The notes beneath the pieces are model-generated. The model did not search any database, was not told the DNA's origin, and worked only from the letters and a program-made list of their open reading frames with translations. This document shows positions 32,878-41,436 of a stretch of 64,000 bases of DNA, piece by piece. The stretch is from IMG/VR virus record IMGVR_UViG_3300031088_000001; one strand, 5' to 3'. The position numbers were made by a program, and so were the translations under genes. The stretch's first letter is position 1; the number at the start of each line of letters is the position of its first letter. This DNA comes from a virus.

Positions 32878-33111
32878 CTATTCACCTTCTCGATAGTGCT
32901 GGTGAGACGCACGCTTGAGCACCCGATGGAGCCGGCGAGCCAGATCACCTTGGATTGCCCGAGATTGATCTTCAAACTCAGGTTCACGATCAGCTTCCTT
33001 CTTGCGCTTACCCTTGGGCAGTTGCTTCTGGAGCTGGGCTTTTACTGGTGGTAGAATATCGAAACTCACGTTCATGGCATACGTCCGAAAGGATAGTCCA
33101 TAGCCAAGCAT
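32878..33111 (-). CDS. small basic hypothetical protein (start uncertain; ATG 33075 is an alternative)
   Basis: ORF fills the gap, but no clear SD is present and GC3 is only about 48% by hand count. Confidence 0.35.
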   Translation of the reverse strand: MLGYGLSFRTYAMNVSFDILPPVKAQLQKQLPKGKRKKEADREPEFEDQSRAIQGDLARRLHRVLKRASHQHYREGE

Positions 33112-33131
33112 CTGACTATGGACTAAATTAT

Positions 33132-35720
33132 TCAGCCTAGTTTGGACCGACCCTTTTGGGCAATGCGGAAATTGCGGAGTGAAATGTCGCTACTCCACAC
33201 GACCTGACCACTACTCCCACCAAGACGACGGTTGAAGTACATGACAGAAGGGGTGTCCAGCTGAATGTCGATCGGGAACGCGGACTCGCCGATCATCACA
33301 CCGTCAACCCAGCATTGCATCATACCGTTGTCACGGGTAATCTGCATTTTGTACCACTTGTTCATCTGCACTGGGAAGTCGTACAGGCGATAGAAAGTCG
33401 CGTTGCCTCCGTGGTCGGTTGACAAATAGAAGTAACCGTTCGTGGTGTTGTACTGCACTTCCCAGTTTACCAACTTGCCAGGAGCAGCCCAAGTACCCCA
33501 ATATACCAAGGTAATCATGGACGTGCCCGATTGAGATGCAGCCGCAGCGCAGTTGAATTCAATATCAACTGTGAAATCTGTGGTGCCGAACACCATAGAA
33601 CTTGACGGTTGAATTGACAAGTACGAACCTGCAGGTAAACGGACGAAGCCGTCGTTGTAGACAGGAGAGCCATACGCCGACACGAAGGTCTCCAACTTAC
33701 CATTTGTTACCAGAGGAATCACGTCAGGAGTGATGAACTCCAAGACGGGACGCCAAAGTTGGCTTGCTACAGCGCCAGTGTTCGACGATATACCAGCGAT
33801 AGCGTTGTTGGTACCACGACATACACGCGATGTGGTTGTTGTTGACAGGTACTCTTGGCACCATGACCCAGGCACATCCAAACCCAGCTCTTCATTGGTG
33901 AAGGCAGCCCAACGAGTAGCTGCTGAGGCGCTCACGCTCACGCGATTCATCAGCAACGTCCACTCAGACACAGACGCACCCGCAGCACCGTTGCCAGTGT
34001 ATGGGTTAGTGTTGGAGCCTGTGGGAAGGCGAACGCGGAAGTGCCCACCAGCAGTCGTGATGCGTTTGGTCTGCTGCACAGGGCTGGATGAAGGCAGCGG
34101 CTGCACGCCAGTACCCGTCTCCAGGCCATAGACAGCACCTGCTTGGTAGAGTGCCTGCCACGAGATACCGGTGCGCAGTGGCTTCTTCGGAATAAACAGG
34201 ATCTTTCCGTCGAGAGCAAACTTCAACCACGTAGTGTCAGCATTGACGGGCGTACCTTCAGTGAGTCCAAGGTACGCCGCAAGGTCAACACCTTGCATGA
34301 CTTCACTCATAGGCACTTCACCGAAGTAACCCTGATTGAAGTTACCCGCGATCGGCTTCTGTGGACCTGGGCCGTTGTATGGTGTGCGCACGCGCGGCAG
34401 TGCTACACGCGGACGCCCGATGTTACCGTTGTAAAGCGCTTTTGCTGCAATGCGGATGTTGGTGACGTGTAGGGCATCCGAGTTTGCCGGAAAGCTGTCC
34501 CAGTTGTCACGCAAGCCACGAAACGCCGAGTTGTTGATTATTGGCAGAGGAGCGTTCATCTGCCCAACAAGGTCACCGTCGAAGTACATGGAGACGATGT
34601 TACCGACCTTCTCTACTACGACATGGACGTCCGCACCGTACTTCGGAAGAAGCCTGTTGGCATTGAACGCATACGTCGAAGTGCCAGAATAGACATAGGC
34701 AAACTGGAGTTGCAGCGCGCCTGTGAAGAACAAGCACCACGAGTTACCGGCTTGCCCACCGTACGCCCACTGTGTGATAACGCCACACTGCCCGTTACCC
34801 ATAGCTTGAGTGATGCGGAACTTGCACTCAATGGTAAAATCACCTGCACCAAAGTACGCCAATGGTGCCTCGAAGCGAGACGACGAAGGCTGCTGCGTGA
34901 TGATGCGATTCCACTGCATCGCAGCGGTACCAGAGAGCGTGAAAGGCTCGCGGGTGATTTCGTTGACAAACTCGTTACGACGGAAGCTGGACTGGAAGAC
35001 AATGCCACGCTGCTCTTCCTCAGTGTACGTCTCATACACCAGAGCAGGCAGTTCCGTTGGCGGAGTAAACGGGCCATTGTAAGCGGACACGCCGCGCATC
35101 ATGCGAATGTTCCAGCGTTTACCCGTGGCACCGCGACGGATGTTAACGAATTCCGTCGAAGTGAACGCTGCTGTATTGTTGTTCGCAACGTAGATAGGTA
35201 CACCGTTTAAGTAAATCGTCAACACTCCGGCAACACGACCCACGGCGAAATGGTTACTCGTGTTCAGAGCGATCTTGAAATTTGTGCCTATCAGGTAAGG
35301 GGCGACGCCTGCACCTGTGGGTGTCAGCATGAAGTAGATGGCAAGATCACCAGCTACTACCAAGTTGAAGGCGCGGTTGGAGTCATCTGCCGCAGTAGTA
35401 TCCATAGACAAAATACAGCCGCCGAACACGCCGACGCTACTGAAATTCGCCCAACCTTCAATGCTGAAATCTTCACTTGCGGTGATGTAAGTTGGTGGTG
35501 TGCCGTAGAGGGCAGCTGCGTTCTCGTTAGTTGTCAACACGGTACCGTCAGCTTCAACCGTGGCGCCAGAGCCCAAAGTCAACAAGGTCTCACTGGCTTC
35601 ATCCAGAGGCAGTCCTTCCTTAAAGGTTAGTTGCGACCAGACGTACTGATTGTTAGGCGGTGGGCCTCCAGTGCTGCGGGCTACAGGCCACGGAGACAGT
35701 TTGGGGATGATAGATAGCAT
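33132..35720 (-). CDS. tail-fibre / receptor-binding protein with three LamG (concanavalin-A-like) domains and an MLSIIP N-terminal tag
   Basis: Repeated LamG hallmarks: EDFSIEGWANF...LTIYLNGVPI, GDFTIECKFRI...VSMYFDGDLVG, and TDFTVDIEFNC...MQCWVDGVMIG. Confidence 0.75.
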   Translation of the reverse strand: MLSIIPKLSPWPVARSTGGPPPNNQYVWSQLTFKEGLPLDEASETLLTLGSGATVEADGTVLTTNENAAALYGTPPTYITASEDFSIEGWANFSSVGVFGGCILSMDTTAADDSNRAFNLVVAGDLAIYFMLTPTGAGVAPYLIGTNFKIALNTSNHFAVGRVAGVLTIYLNGVPIYVANNNTAAFTSTEFVNIRRGATGKRWNIRMMRGVSAYNGPFTPPTELPALVYETYTEEEQRGIVFQSSFRRNEFVNEITREPFTLSGTAAMQWNRIITQQPSSSRFEAPLAYFGAGDFTIECKFRITQAMGNGQCGVITQWAYGGQAGNSWCLFFTGALQLQFAYVYSGTSTYAFNANRLLPKYGADVHVVVEKVGNIVSMYFDGDLVGQMNAPLPIINNSAFRGLRDNWDSFPANSDALHVTNIRIAAKALYNGNIGRPRVALPRVRTPYNGPGPQKPIAGNFNQGYFGEVPMSEVMQGVDLAAYLGLTEGTPVNADTTWLKFALDGKILFIPKKPLRTGISWQALYQAGAVYGLETGTGVQPLPSSSPVQQTKRITTAGGHFRVRLPTGSNTNPYTGNGAAGASVSEWTLLMNRVSVSASAATRWAAFTNEELGLDVPGSWCQEYLSTTTTSRVCRGTNNAIAGISSNTGAVASQLWRPVLEFITPDVIPLVTNGKLETFVSAYGSPVYNDGFVRLPAGSYLSIQPSSSMVFGTTDFTVDIEFNCAAAASQSGTSMITLVYWGTWAAPGKLVNWEVQYNTTNGYFYLSTDHGGNATFYRLYDFPVQMNKWYKMQITRDNGMMQCWVDGVMIGESAFPIDIQLDTPSVMYFNRRLGGSSGQVVWSSDISLRNFRIAQKGRSKLG

Positions 35721-35786
35721 GGCGAATTCTCTTTAACTTGAAGCTGTCTTTGTGAGACGGGCTCGTCCTTGAGCCGTCGTCATTCC

Positions 35787-38700
35787 CTACACGAAGTCGA
35801 AGGACACCATGCGCCCTTCTTGCAGCGTACCCCAGTACGAAGCAGCTCCGCTCCAGTACACGGACGTGCCTGTACCCATTGCAGCAAGCGGTGTTGTGAA
35901 GCCGCTGTACGGCTGACCACTTAGGTTACCGAACTGCGTACCGTTTATCTCCAGCGTGTTTGTCCACAGAGGAATGTCTGGAGTCGGTGTGATGTTCGTC
36001 ACCTCCCAGCCGATAATCATGTAGTTATTGCGGTCAATGAACAAGCCTTTGATACGGCGCACAATTCCGCCAATCTGCCAGAGTTTCTGCGAGCAACTGC
36101 CCAACGAAATCCAGCCGACTTGGGACGTGTAGTCGCTATTCTCCATGTAACCGTAGAGCGTACCGACACCACCTTGATGGAACCCGAGAGTGATGTGAGG
36201 CTTGGGCTTGCGCACTCGTGGATACTGCGGGAACTTAGGCACGTTGCCTTTGTACTGCGATACCTTAGAGCAACGCAGATCGCGCAAGACGCCAGCGTAG
36301 GAGCTAATGTCACCTCGCTGAATTGCTGTAGGTGATTGTCCGAAGTCGCCAGCGTAGGTTGCAGTAGCACTAGGCACGCCATCGACATACAGCGTGATGG
36401 TAGACCCAACGCGCTCAACAACCACGTAGTATTCCACACCAGCGACAACCGTGATGGTTGACTCCAGCACGACCAGATCAGTCAGCGCAGCACCAGTCTT
36501 CGACAGCACAGCGCCAATGTGACCGTTCATGATACGGAAGTGCCACGAGTTGTCACTGCGCGAGTTCAGGAACTGCCCGATGACTGAGCAAGGGTAGGCT
36601 GCAATGGTGTTGAACAACATGCGGCATTCAATCGTGAAGTCGGCTGCCATAAATGGCGGAGTAGTCTTCGAGAACTGGAATCCACCGCCGTTTGGAATCT
36701 GCAACTGGTTGTTGATTACCAGAGCACCGCCAGAGACAGCAACATACGCCGAGGAGATTTGCTCGATCGGGTTGCTACCGTTGAATTGGGCAACGACGTT
36801 CGCTTGGTCTGCATCGGAGTAGCGACGATCTGGGAACGCTGGGAAGCCGTTGAGCAGCGTAGGCTTGCCGTTGTACATCGCCTTGTCAGCAATACGAATG
36901 TCCCACATCTGTCCAGTGCCGGACCAGAAGTTACCCGCGGCCGACGAGTTGGAGATTGTGTGAGGCATTGCACCGCGGATCGGTGTCGCAATCGTACCCG
37001 CTTTGGTATCGAGCAGAACGCCAGTGTACGCATCCAGCACGTAGATCGTGACGACGCCGTTAACTCGCTCAACGATGATGCGATAGGACAGGCCAGTGGT
37101 GAGCGCAAGATTGGAGATTACGTAGGTAGCACTGGAGCCTGCGGTGTTCGCAGCGATCCCGAAGTACACCTTGCGGTCGTTACCAATGCTGAACGCCCAG
37201 CGGTTACGGTCATCCGACGCTGTGCCGTAGTACCACTCAGCGAGCAAGATGCAACCGTTGGTACCCGTCGCAGTCACCAGCAACGAGGTCTCCAGCGTGA
37301 AGTCACCGGCACCCCAAGGCTCCATCGGAATCTGATGGCAGTTGCCAGTTGCAGACTGCGTGCCACCGAAATACAGACGCCCACGGCGCACATAGCTTGT
37401 GGTGTAACCGAGCAGGTTAACCAGGCGCCCGTTCGCCACGTTGTGGTTGGAGTCTCGACGCATATCGAACTGACAGCGGATAGCGGCCGCATCTTCATCC
37501 GAGTAGACAGTGCGAACGTGCTCCATAGGTGCCAAATCAGGCGTGAAGCTCTCGGTGTGTCGGCAGATGCCGCGGTCGATGTAGAAGTTGCGACGCCAGC
37601 CGTTGAAGCCGTTGCTGGAGCCAGTCATACCCAGGCTCAAGCCTTTGACTGCTGCCTGCTGCGCCTGACTTGCACCAGTGTCAATCGCGTTGATGGTCTG
37701 CTTGACACCGTTGTAGAAGATGTACAGAACACCGTTCTTGCGACCCAACTCAATGTGGAAGTCCACGTTGGCAGCCAGTGTCAGAACGCCTGATGGGATC
37801 ACTGCAACTTGGGTCCCGTCTGCCTTATAGAACCGGAACAGGAAGTTCTGGAAATTGGTAGCCCAGTTGCAGTACCAAGTACCACGTCCACCTTGCGCAT
37901 CACCCGAGAAGATGTGCAGGTCTTTACCCACGTTTGCCGCAAGCTGGGTCGCAGGCGTGAGCGTGATACCCACAGTGAAGTCTTCGGTACCATCGAACAA
38001 CACCATGTCGTCTTCGTACAGACCTTGGCCGTCGGACGTTGTACGCATACGCTGATTGGCAAGCGTAGGCATTGTGTTCCACGACGTCATGAATTTCTCG
38101 GTCACGTCGTCGATGTGCTCATTGTCCTTGAACGACACAAGACGCCAGCGGTACGCATCGCCGATGGTGTTGATAACGCGCTCGCGGGTACTCACGGTGT
38201 TGAACGCTGATCCTGCCGTGTACGCAAGACCCCACGTGGTCCAGTCCGTCGAGGTGAAGATTTTGGTACCGCCAACGATGAACGAGTTCTTGTCGTAGGA
38301 GCTAATGTCCGAGAGCTTTTGCCCAGCACCGCCAAACATGGTGGTCGTGTTCGGCAGCGTTTGCCAGTTGTCACCATCGACACCGAAGAAGATCGTTGGG
38401 CCGCTGCTGGTATTACCTACAGCATAGAACGCATTGCTGTTGGCGTTGTAGCTCATACCGCCATCAACCATGTCTTCGTTGCTGCCGCCGTTACGTGTCT
38501 TCGTCCAGACGCCGTCTTTCTTGCGGTTGATCGACGCACCTTGTTGCAGCGAAGCTAGGGTAGTTGCACTGCCTGCGATGGCCGACTGGACAATGTAGGT
38601 CGAACCCGAGACAGCGTTCTCGTTGACAGCCACGTAGCCCGTACCGTTCCAGTTGAACACGGTGTAACCCGCACCCGATGCGCCACCGTTCTGGTAAATC

Positions 38701-39161
38701 TTGCCGTCAGCATCCCAGCGACGCGCACGCCGCTTGAAGTAGTTGGTGTGCATAGAGGAAGCGTTGATGCGCGTCCACGTAGCGCCGTTGTCCGTAGTGT
38801 AGATACACATACGGTTATTGGTGATGACTAGAAAACGACCAGCGTCATATACAATCGACGCTTGTGCCATTGGCACGTTAGTTATGATATCCGTAGAGAC
38901 CGTGAGCTTAGTCCACGTCACGCCGTCGTCAGTAGACTTCAGGATCGTGGAACTTGCGCCGACAATCATCCAGACGCCACCACCATATGCTGCCATGTGC
39001 AGTTCAGTAGTGACACCAGACGCGGGTTCCGTCCATGTAACGCCGTCGGTAGTACGAGCGATCAGGCCATTAGCACCGACTGCGATTGTAGTGAATCCTT
39101 TCTGGGTCTTCAAAGGTCTGGCGATTGGCCAGAGTGAAAACTTAGGGATGAGTGAGAGCAT
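35787..39161 (-). CDS. tail-fibre / receptor-binding protein: N-terminal BNR (Asp-box) beta-propeller plus LamG domains, with an MLSLIP N-terminal tag
   Basis: Asp-boxes RTTDGVTWT, KSTDDGVTWT, YTTDNGATWT. LamG hallmarks EDFTVGITLTP, GDFTLETSLLV, ADFTIECRMLF, each followed by ...Y.(N/D)G. ATG 39161 chosen over GTG 39167 because it reproduces the shared N-terminus. Confidence 0.75.
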   Translation of the reverse strand: MLSLIPKFSLWPIARPLKTQKGFTTIAVGANGLIARTTDGVTWTEPASGVTTELHMAAYGGGVWMIVGASSTILKSTDDGVTWTKLTVSTDIITNVPMAQASIVYDAGRFLVITNNRMCIYTTDNGATWTRINASSMHTNYFKRRARRWDADGKIYQNGGASGAGYTVFNWNGTGYVAVNENAVSGSTYIVQSAIAGSATTLASLQQGASINRKKDGVWTKTRNGGSNEDMVDGGMSYNANSNAFYAVGNTSSGPTIFFGVDGDNWQTLPNTTTMFGGAGQKLSDISSYDKNSFIVGGTKIFTSTDWTTWGLAYTAGSAFNTVSTRERVINTIGDAYRWRLVSFKDNEHIDDVTEKFMTSWNTMPTLANQRMRTTSDGQGLYEDDMVLFDGTEDFTVGITLTPATQLAANVGKDLHIFSGDAQGGRGTWYCNWATNFQNFLFRFYKADGTQVAVIPSGVLTLAANVDFHIELGRKNGVLYIFYNGVKQTINAIDTGASQAQQAAVKGLSLGMTGSSNGFNGWRRNFYIDRGICRHTESFTPDLAPMEHVRTVYSDEDAAAIRCQFDMRRDSNHNVANGRLVNLLGYTTSYVRRGRLYFGGTQSATGNCHQIPMEPWGAGDFTLETSLLVTATGTNGCILLAEWYYGTASDDRNRWAFSIGNDRKVYFGIAANTAGSSATYVISNLALTTGLSYRIIVERVNGVVTIYVLDAYTGVLLDTKAGTIATPIRGAMPHTISNSSAAGNFWSGTGQMWDIRIADKAMYNGKPTLLNGFPAFPDRRYSDADQANVVAQFNGSNPIEQISSAYVAVSGGALVINNQLQIPNGGGFQFSKTTPPFMAADFTIECRMLFNTIAAYPCSVIGQFLNSRSDNSWHFRIMNGHIGAVLSKTGAALTDLVVLESTITVVAGVEYYVVVERVGSTITLYVDGVPSATATYAGDFGQSPTAIQRGDISSYAGVLRDLRCSKVSQYKGNVPKFPQYPRVRKPKPHITLGFHQGGVGTLYGYMENSDYTSQVGWISLGSCSQKLWQIGGIVRRIKGLFIDRNNYMIIGWEVTNITPTPDIPLWTNTLEINGTQFGNLSGQPYSGFTTPLAAMGTGTSVYWSGAASYWGTLQEGRMVSFDFV

Positions 39162-39395
39162 AAGCACCTACTTGCATGGATTGGTGCGTTGTTGGGATTG
39201 ACCATTACGCAGTGTTGAAATTACACCACCTGCTTGAACTTAGGGAAAGACCCATGTGGTAATACGGCACCGCACACAACCAAGAATGTGATCTTCAAGT
39301 AGTGCAGACTCCAAATCCGCAGTTCAAACGTTCTCCGGTCTAGTTACAAGACAGGGCGCGAAGCGTGGTACAAATATCGGCAGTGTGATTACCTA

Positions 39396-40850
39396 CTATG
39401 CTTGGATTAATTCTATGGTGTAGGTCTCACCGTCAACGAAGTCAGCGAGTGTGTTCCACCAACTGTATATGGTATTACCTAGACCGACCTGCGCAGTAAT
39501 TGTTGAATTAAGGTCGAAATAGAACCATTTACCATTTGCCTTGATCCCTTTGTACTTAGCACGAATATCCGCGTGCGCTCCTGTGATTTCTATGGAGAAT
39601 CCGTTATACCCGTTGTTACCTGAGGCCTGTATCCAATCACAGCAAATCCGAACACCTTCACCTGTCGTGTTTTGAATCGTACCCGCGTTACCTGCAAGCC
39701 CATAACTGCCGTTTGTGTTGTCCACATAACCAGTTGAGCCCAAGTTAGCGTCACTGCCGACTTGCCTGCCTGCAGTAATGGTGAAGGCTTTTGCGATTTT
39801 CTCCTCAACCTTCCAGATGTTGGTCTTGGTAGTTGAGTTGGCAGTAAACAGGCTATGCGTGACAAAGTGCTGCGATCCCCATCGGTAACCCGCTTGGAAA
39901 ATACCAGAGAGCTTGTCGATGGTCTTCCAGTTCTTTACCGAGAGGTCATCAAGTAGCGCCTTGATTTTGGCTACATAGGCTGTTACCTGCGCTTGTGTCG
40001 CGTTAGGATCGTCAGGTTGCGGCGCGAGTGAGGCGATCATCAGGGTGTTGTTTTTCACGAGGAACAGATACTTGTCAACGTGGGCGATGGATTGGACTCC
40101 ATATGGTCGCATGTCCAACAGGCCTGCAGTCTGACCCTGAGTAGGGCCTACATACAGCAGCATCTGCTGGTTTGTGCTCTGGAACCCATAGAACACGTTA
40201 TACCCGAAATACACGTAACGGGCATTTGAGGTCACACCCATACTTGGACCCAGCCCACCGTACTGAATAAACGTTGGGAAGTTCCAGCAGACGAACACGT
40301 TGCTGCCAGATGCTGACCAGGATGTGGAGCCGACTAAGGCATTCTTGCTCTTACCCCAGTAGTACGGGTCGACTGCGGGCGGTGAAGCGGTAGACTTGAC
40401 CGTCGCCGTGCCTGACATATCTTTGGAGTTCGGCCGTGCCTCATAAGCGTTCTGGCTAGATCGGATGATCTGGTAGACCAACTCATTTTTGAAGGCGGTT
40501 AGTGAGCCGTGTCCGTACGTACTACCTGCCATCTTGGTAGTGAAGGTCTTACCGTCTGTGGCTAGCTGGGAGATACTCGCAACGGATCGGCTCGATACCA
40601 ACTTGTCCCCGACAGCGTAGAGTGACGGATAGGGAACACCAGTGTTGAAGTTTGTGGATTCAAATTGGAAGTTCGGGTCAATTCGCTCCACTGGTTGGTT
40701 AGGCGTATAGAACACATTGGGATCGTGGTGAAGCTGATAGTTCATACCAAGATCGCTGATCCTAGCCTTTGTGTACGTGCCGAGAAGTGATACGTCTTGC
40801 CCAAGTCGATCTTTGGGCCAGAGAGCAAAGCGAGGTACTAGGCTAAGCAT
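39396..40850 (-). CDS. fibre-like structural protein of unknown fold with an MLSLVP N-terminal tag
   Basis: Internal ATG 40850 after AGGGA. N-terminus MLSLVPRFALWPKDR. The longest ORF (40943) would run through the upstream terminator. Confidence 0.65.
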   Translation of the reverse strand: MLSLVPRFALWPKDRLGQDVSLLGTYTKARISDLGMNYQLHHDPNVFYTPNQPVERIDPNFQFESTNFNTGVPYPSLYAVGDKLVSSRSVASISQLATDGKTFTTKMAGSTYGHGSLTAFKNELVYQIIRSSQNAYEARPNSKDMSGTATVKSTASPPAVDPYYWGKSKNALVGSTSWSASGSNVFVCWNFPTFIQYGGLGPSMGVTSNARYVYFGYNVFYGFQSTNQQMLLYVGPTQGQTAGLLDMRPYGVQSIAHVDKYLFLVKNNTLMIASLAPQPDDPNATQAQVTAYVAKIKALLDDLSVKNWKTIDKLSGIFQAGYRWGSQHFVTHSLFTANSTTKTNIWKVEEKIAKAFTITAGRQVGSDANLGSTGYVDNTNGSYGLAGNAGTIQNTTGEGVRICCDWIQASGNNGYNGFSIEITGAHADIRAKYKGIKANGKWFYFDLNSTITAQVGLGNTIYSWWNTLADFVDGETYTIELIQA

Positions 40851-40862
40851 GTTTTTGTCCCT

Positions 40863-40900
40863 AAATGAAAAAGGGTCGGCAGCCGTGAGACTACCAACCC
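40863..40900 (-). terminator. intrinsic terminator (- strand)
   Basis: On the - strand, GGGTTGG-14 nt-CCGACCC is followed by TTTTTCATTT, directly after the stop of 40906-41436. Confidence 0.55.
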
Positions 40901-40905
40901 TGGTA

Positions 40906-41436
40906 TTACGCTGCGGCTGTGACGTAGCAGCAGGCTGGCTCACTTACTTGTCCATAAGCATTGACCATTCGGTAGCTGAACGAGTCATTGCCCGTGAAGC
41001 CATTACTGACATACGACATACGCCGACCATCGTTGCTCACACGCGCTACACCATTCTGTGGTTGCCCCAAAATCTGAGGCCAGAACGGTATGGACGTGAC
41101 GAACGAGTTACCTTCTGCCTGTACCATGTTGCTGGTGACGTTGATCGTGGTGTCTTCAAACGGAAGGATTTCCGAGTAGACGCGCACAATGTAGTCCCCA
41201 GGTTCCCGTACAACCAGCTTCCCATCCTCGAAGTAATACTCAGGGAAGAATCCCTCTTCGCGGTTGAGCGTGATCCCGTCAAGCGTGAACACGTCGAACA
41301 TATTGCGGTTGATCGGTACCATGACCAGATAGTCGGTGAACGACGTGTCCTGATAGCTGACACTGCGCGCCTTTACAAGCCCGCGCAGATTTGCCGTGAT
41401 GGGTTTGGCGTAGCGGAATTGACTTTGAGTAATCAT
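40906..41436 (-). CDS. structural protein with a C-terminal Ig/cadherin-like segment
   Basis: VSNDGRRMSYVSNGFTGNDSFSYRMVNAYGQVSEPA resembles bacterial Ig-like / VCBS repeats (..G.D.F.Y...D..G..S..A). Confidence 0.55.
   Translation of the reverse strand: MITQSQFRYAKPITANLRGLVKARSVSYQDTSFTDYLVMVPINRNMFDVFTLDGITLNREEGFFPEYYFEDGKLVVREPGDYIVRVYSEILPFEDTTINVTSNMVQAEGNSFVTSIPFWPQILGQPQNGVARVSNDGRRMSYVSNGFTGNDSFSYRMVNAYGQVSEPACCYVTAAA

Noticed and set aside
32955-33140. 61-aa + strand ORF opposite the small basic gene 32878-33111
   Set aside because: It lies on the wrong strand for the operon, has no SD, and spans the stop of the upstream - strand fibre gene. The - strand ORF itself is only weakly supported.
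35756-35778. Hairpin (GACGGGCTC ... GAGCCGTC) in the 66-nt gap between the two LamG fibre genes
   Set aside because: The stem has a bulge and no T-tract follows on the - strand, so I do not call it a terminator. It may affect RNA stability, but I have no support for a function.
39304-39320. tRNA-like anticodon stem-loop in the 228-nt gap (- strand GCGGA-TTTGGAG-TCTGC; would read as anticodon UGG)
   Set aside because: I could not build an acceptor stem, D-arm or T-arm (no GTTCRANNC-type T-loop in register) around it on either strand. It is an isolated 5-bp hairpin and not a tRNA. tRNAscan-SE or ARAGORN would settle this.
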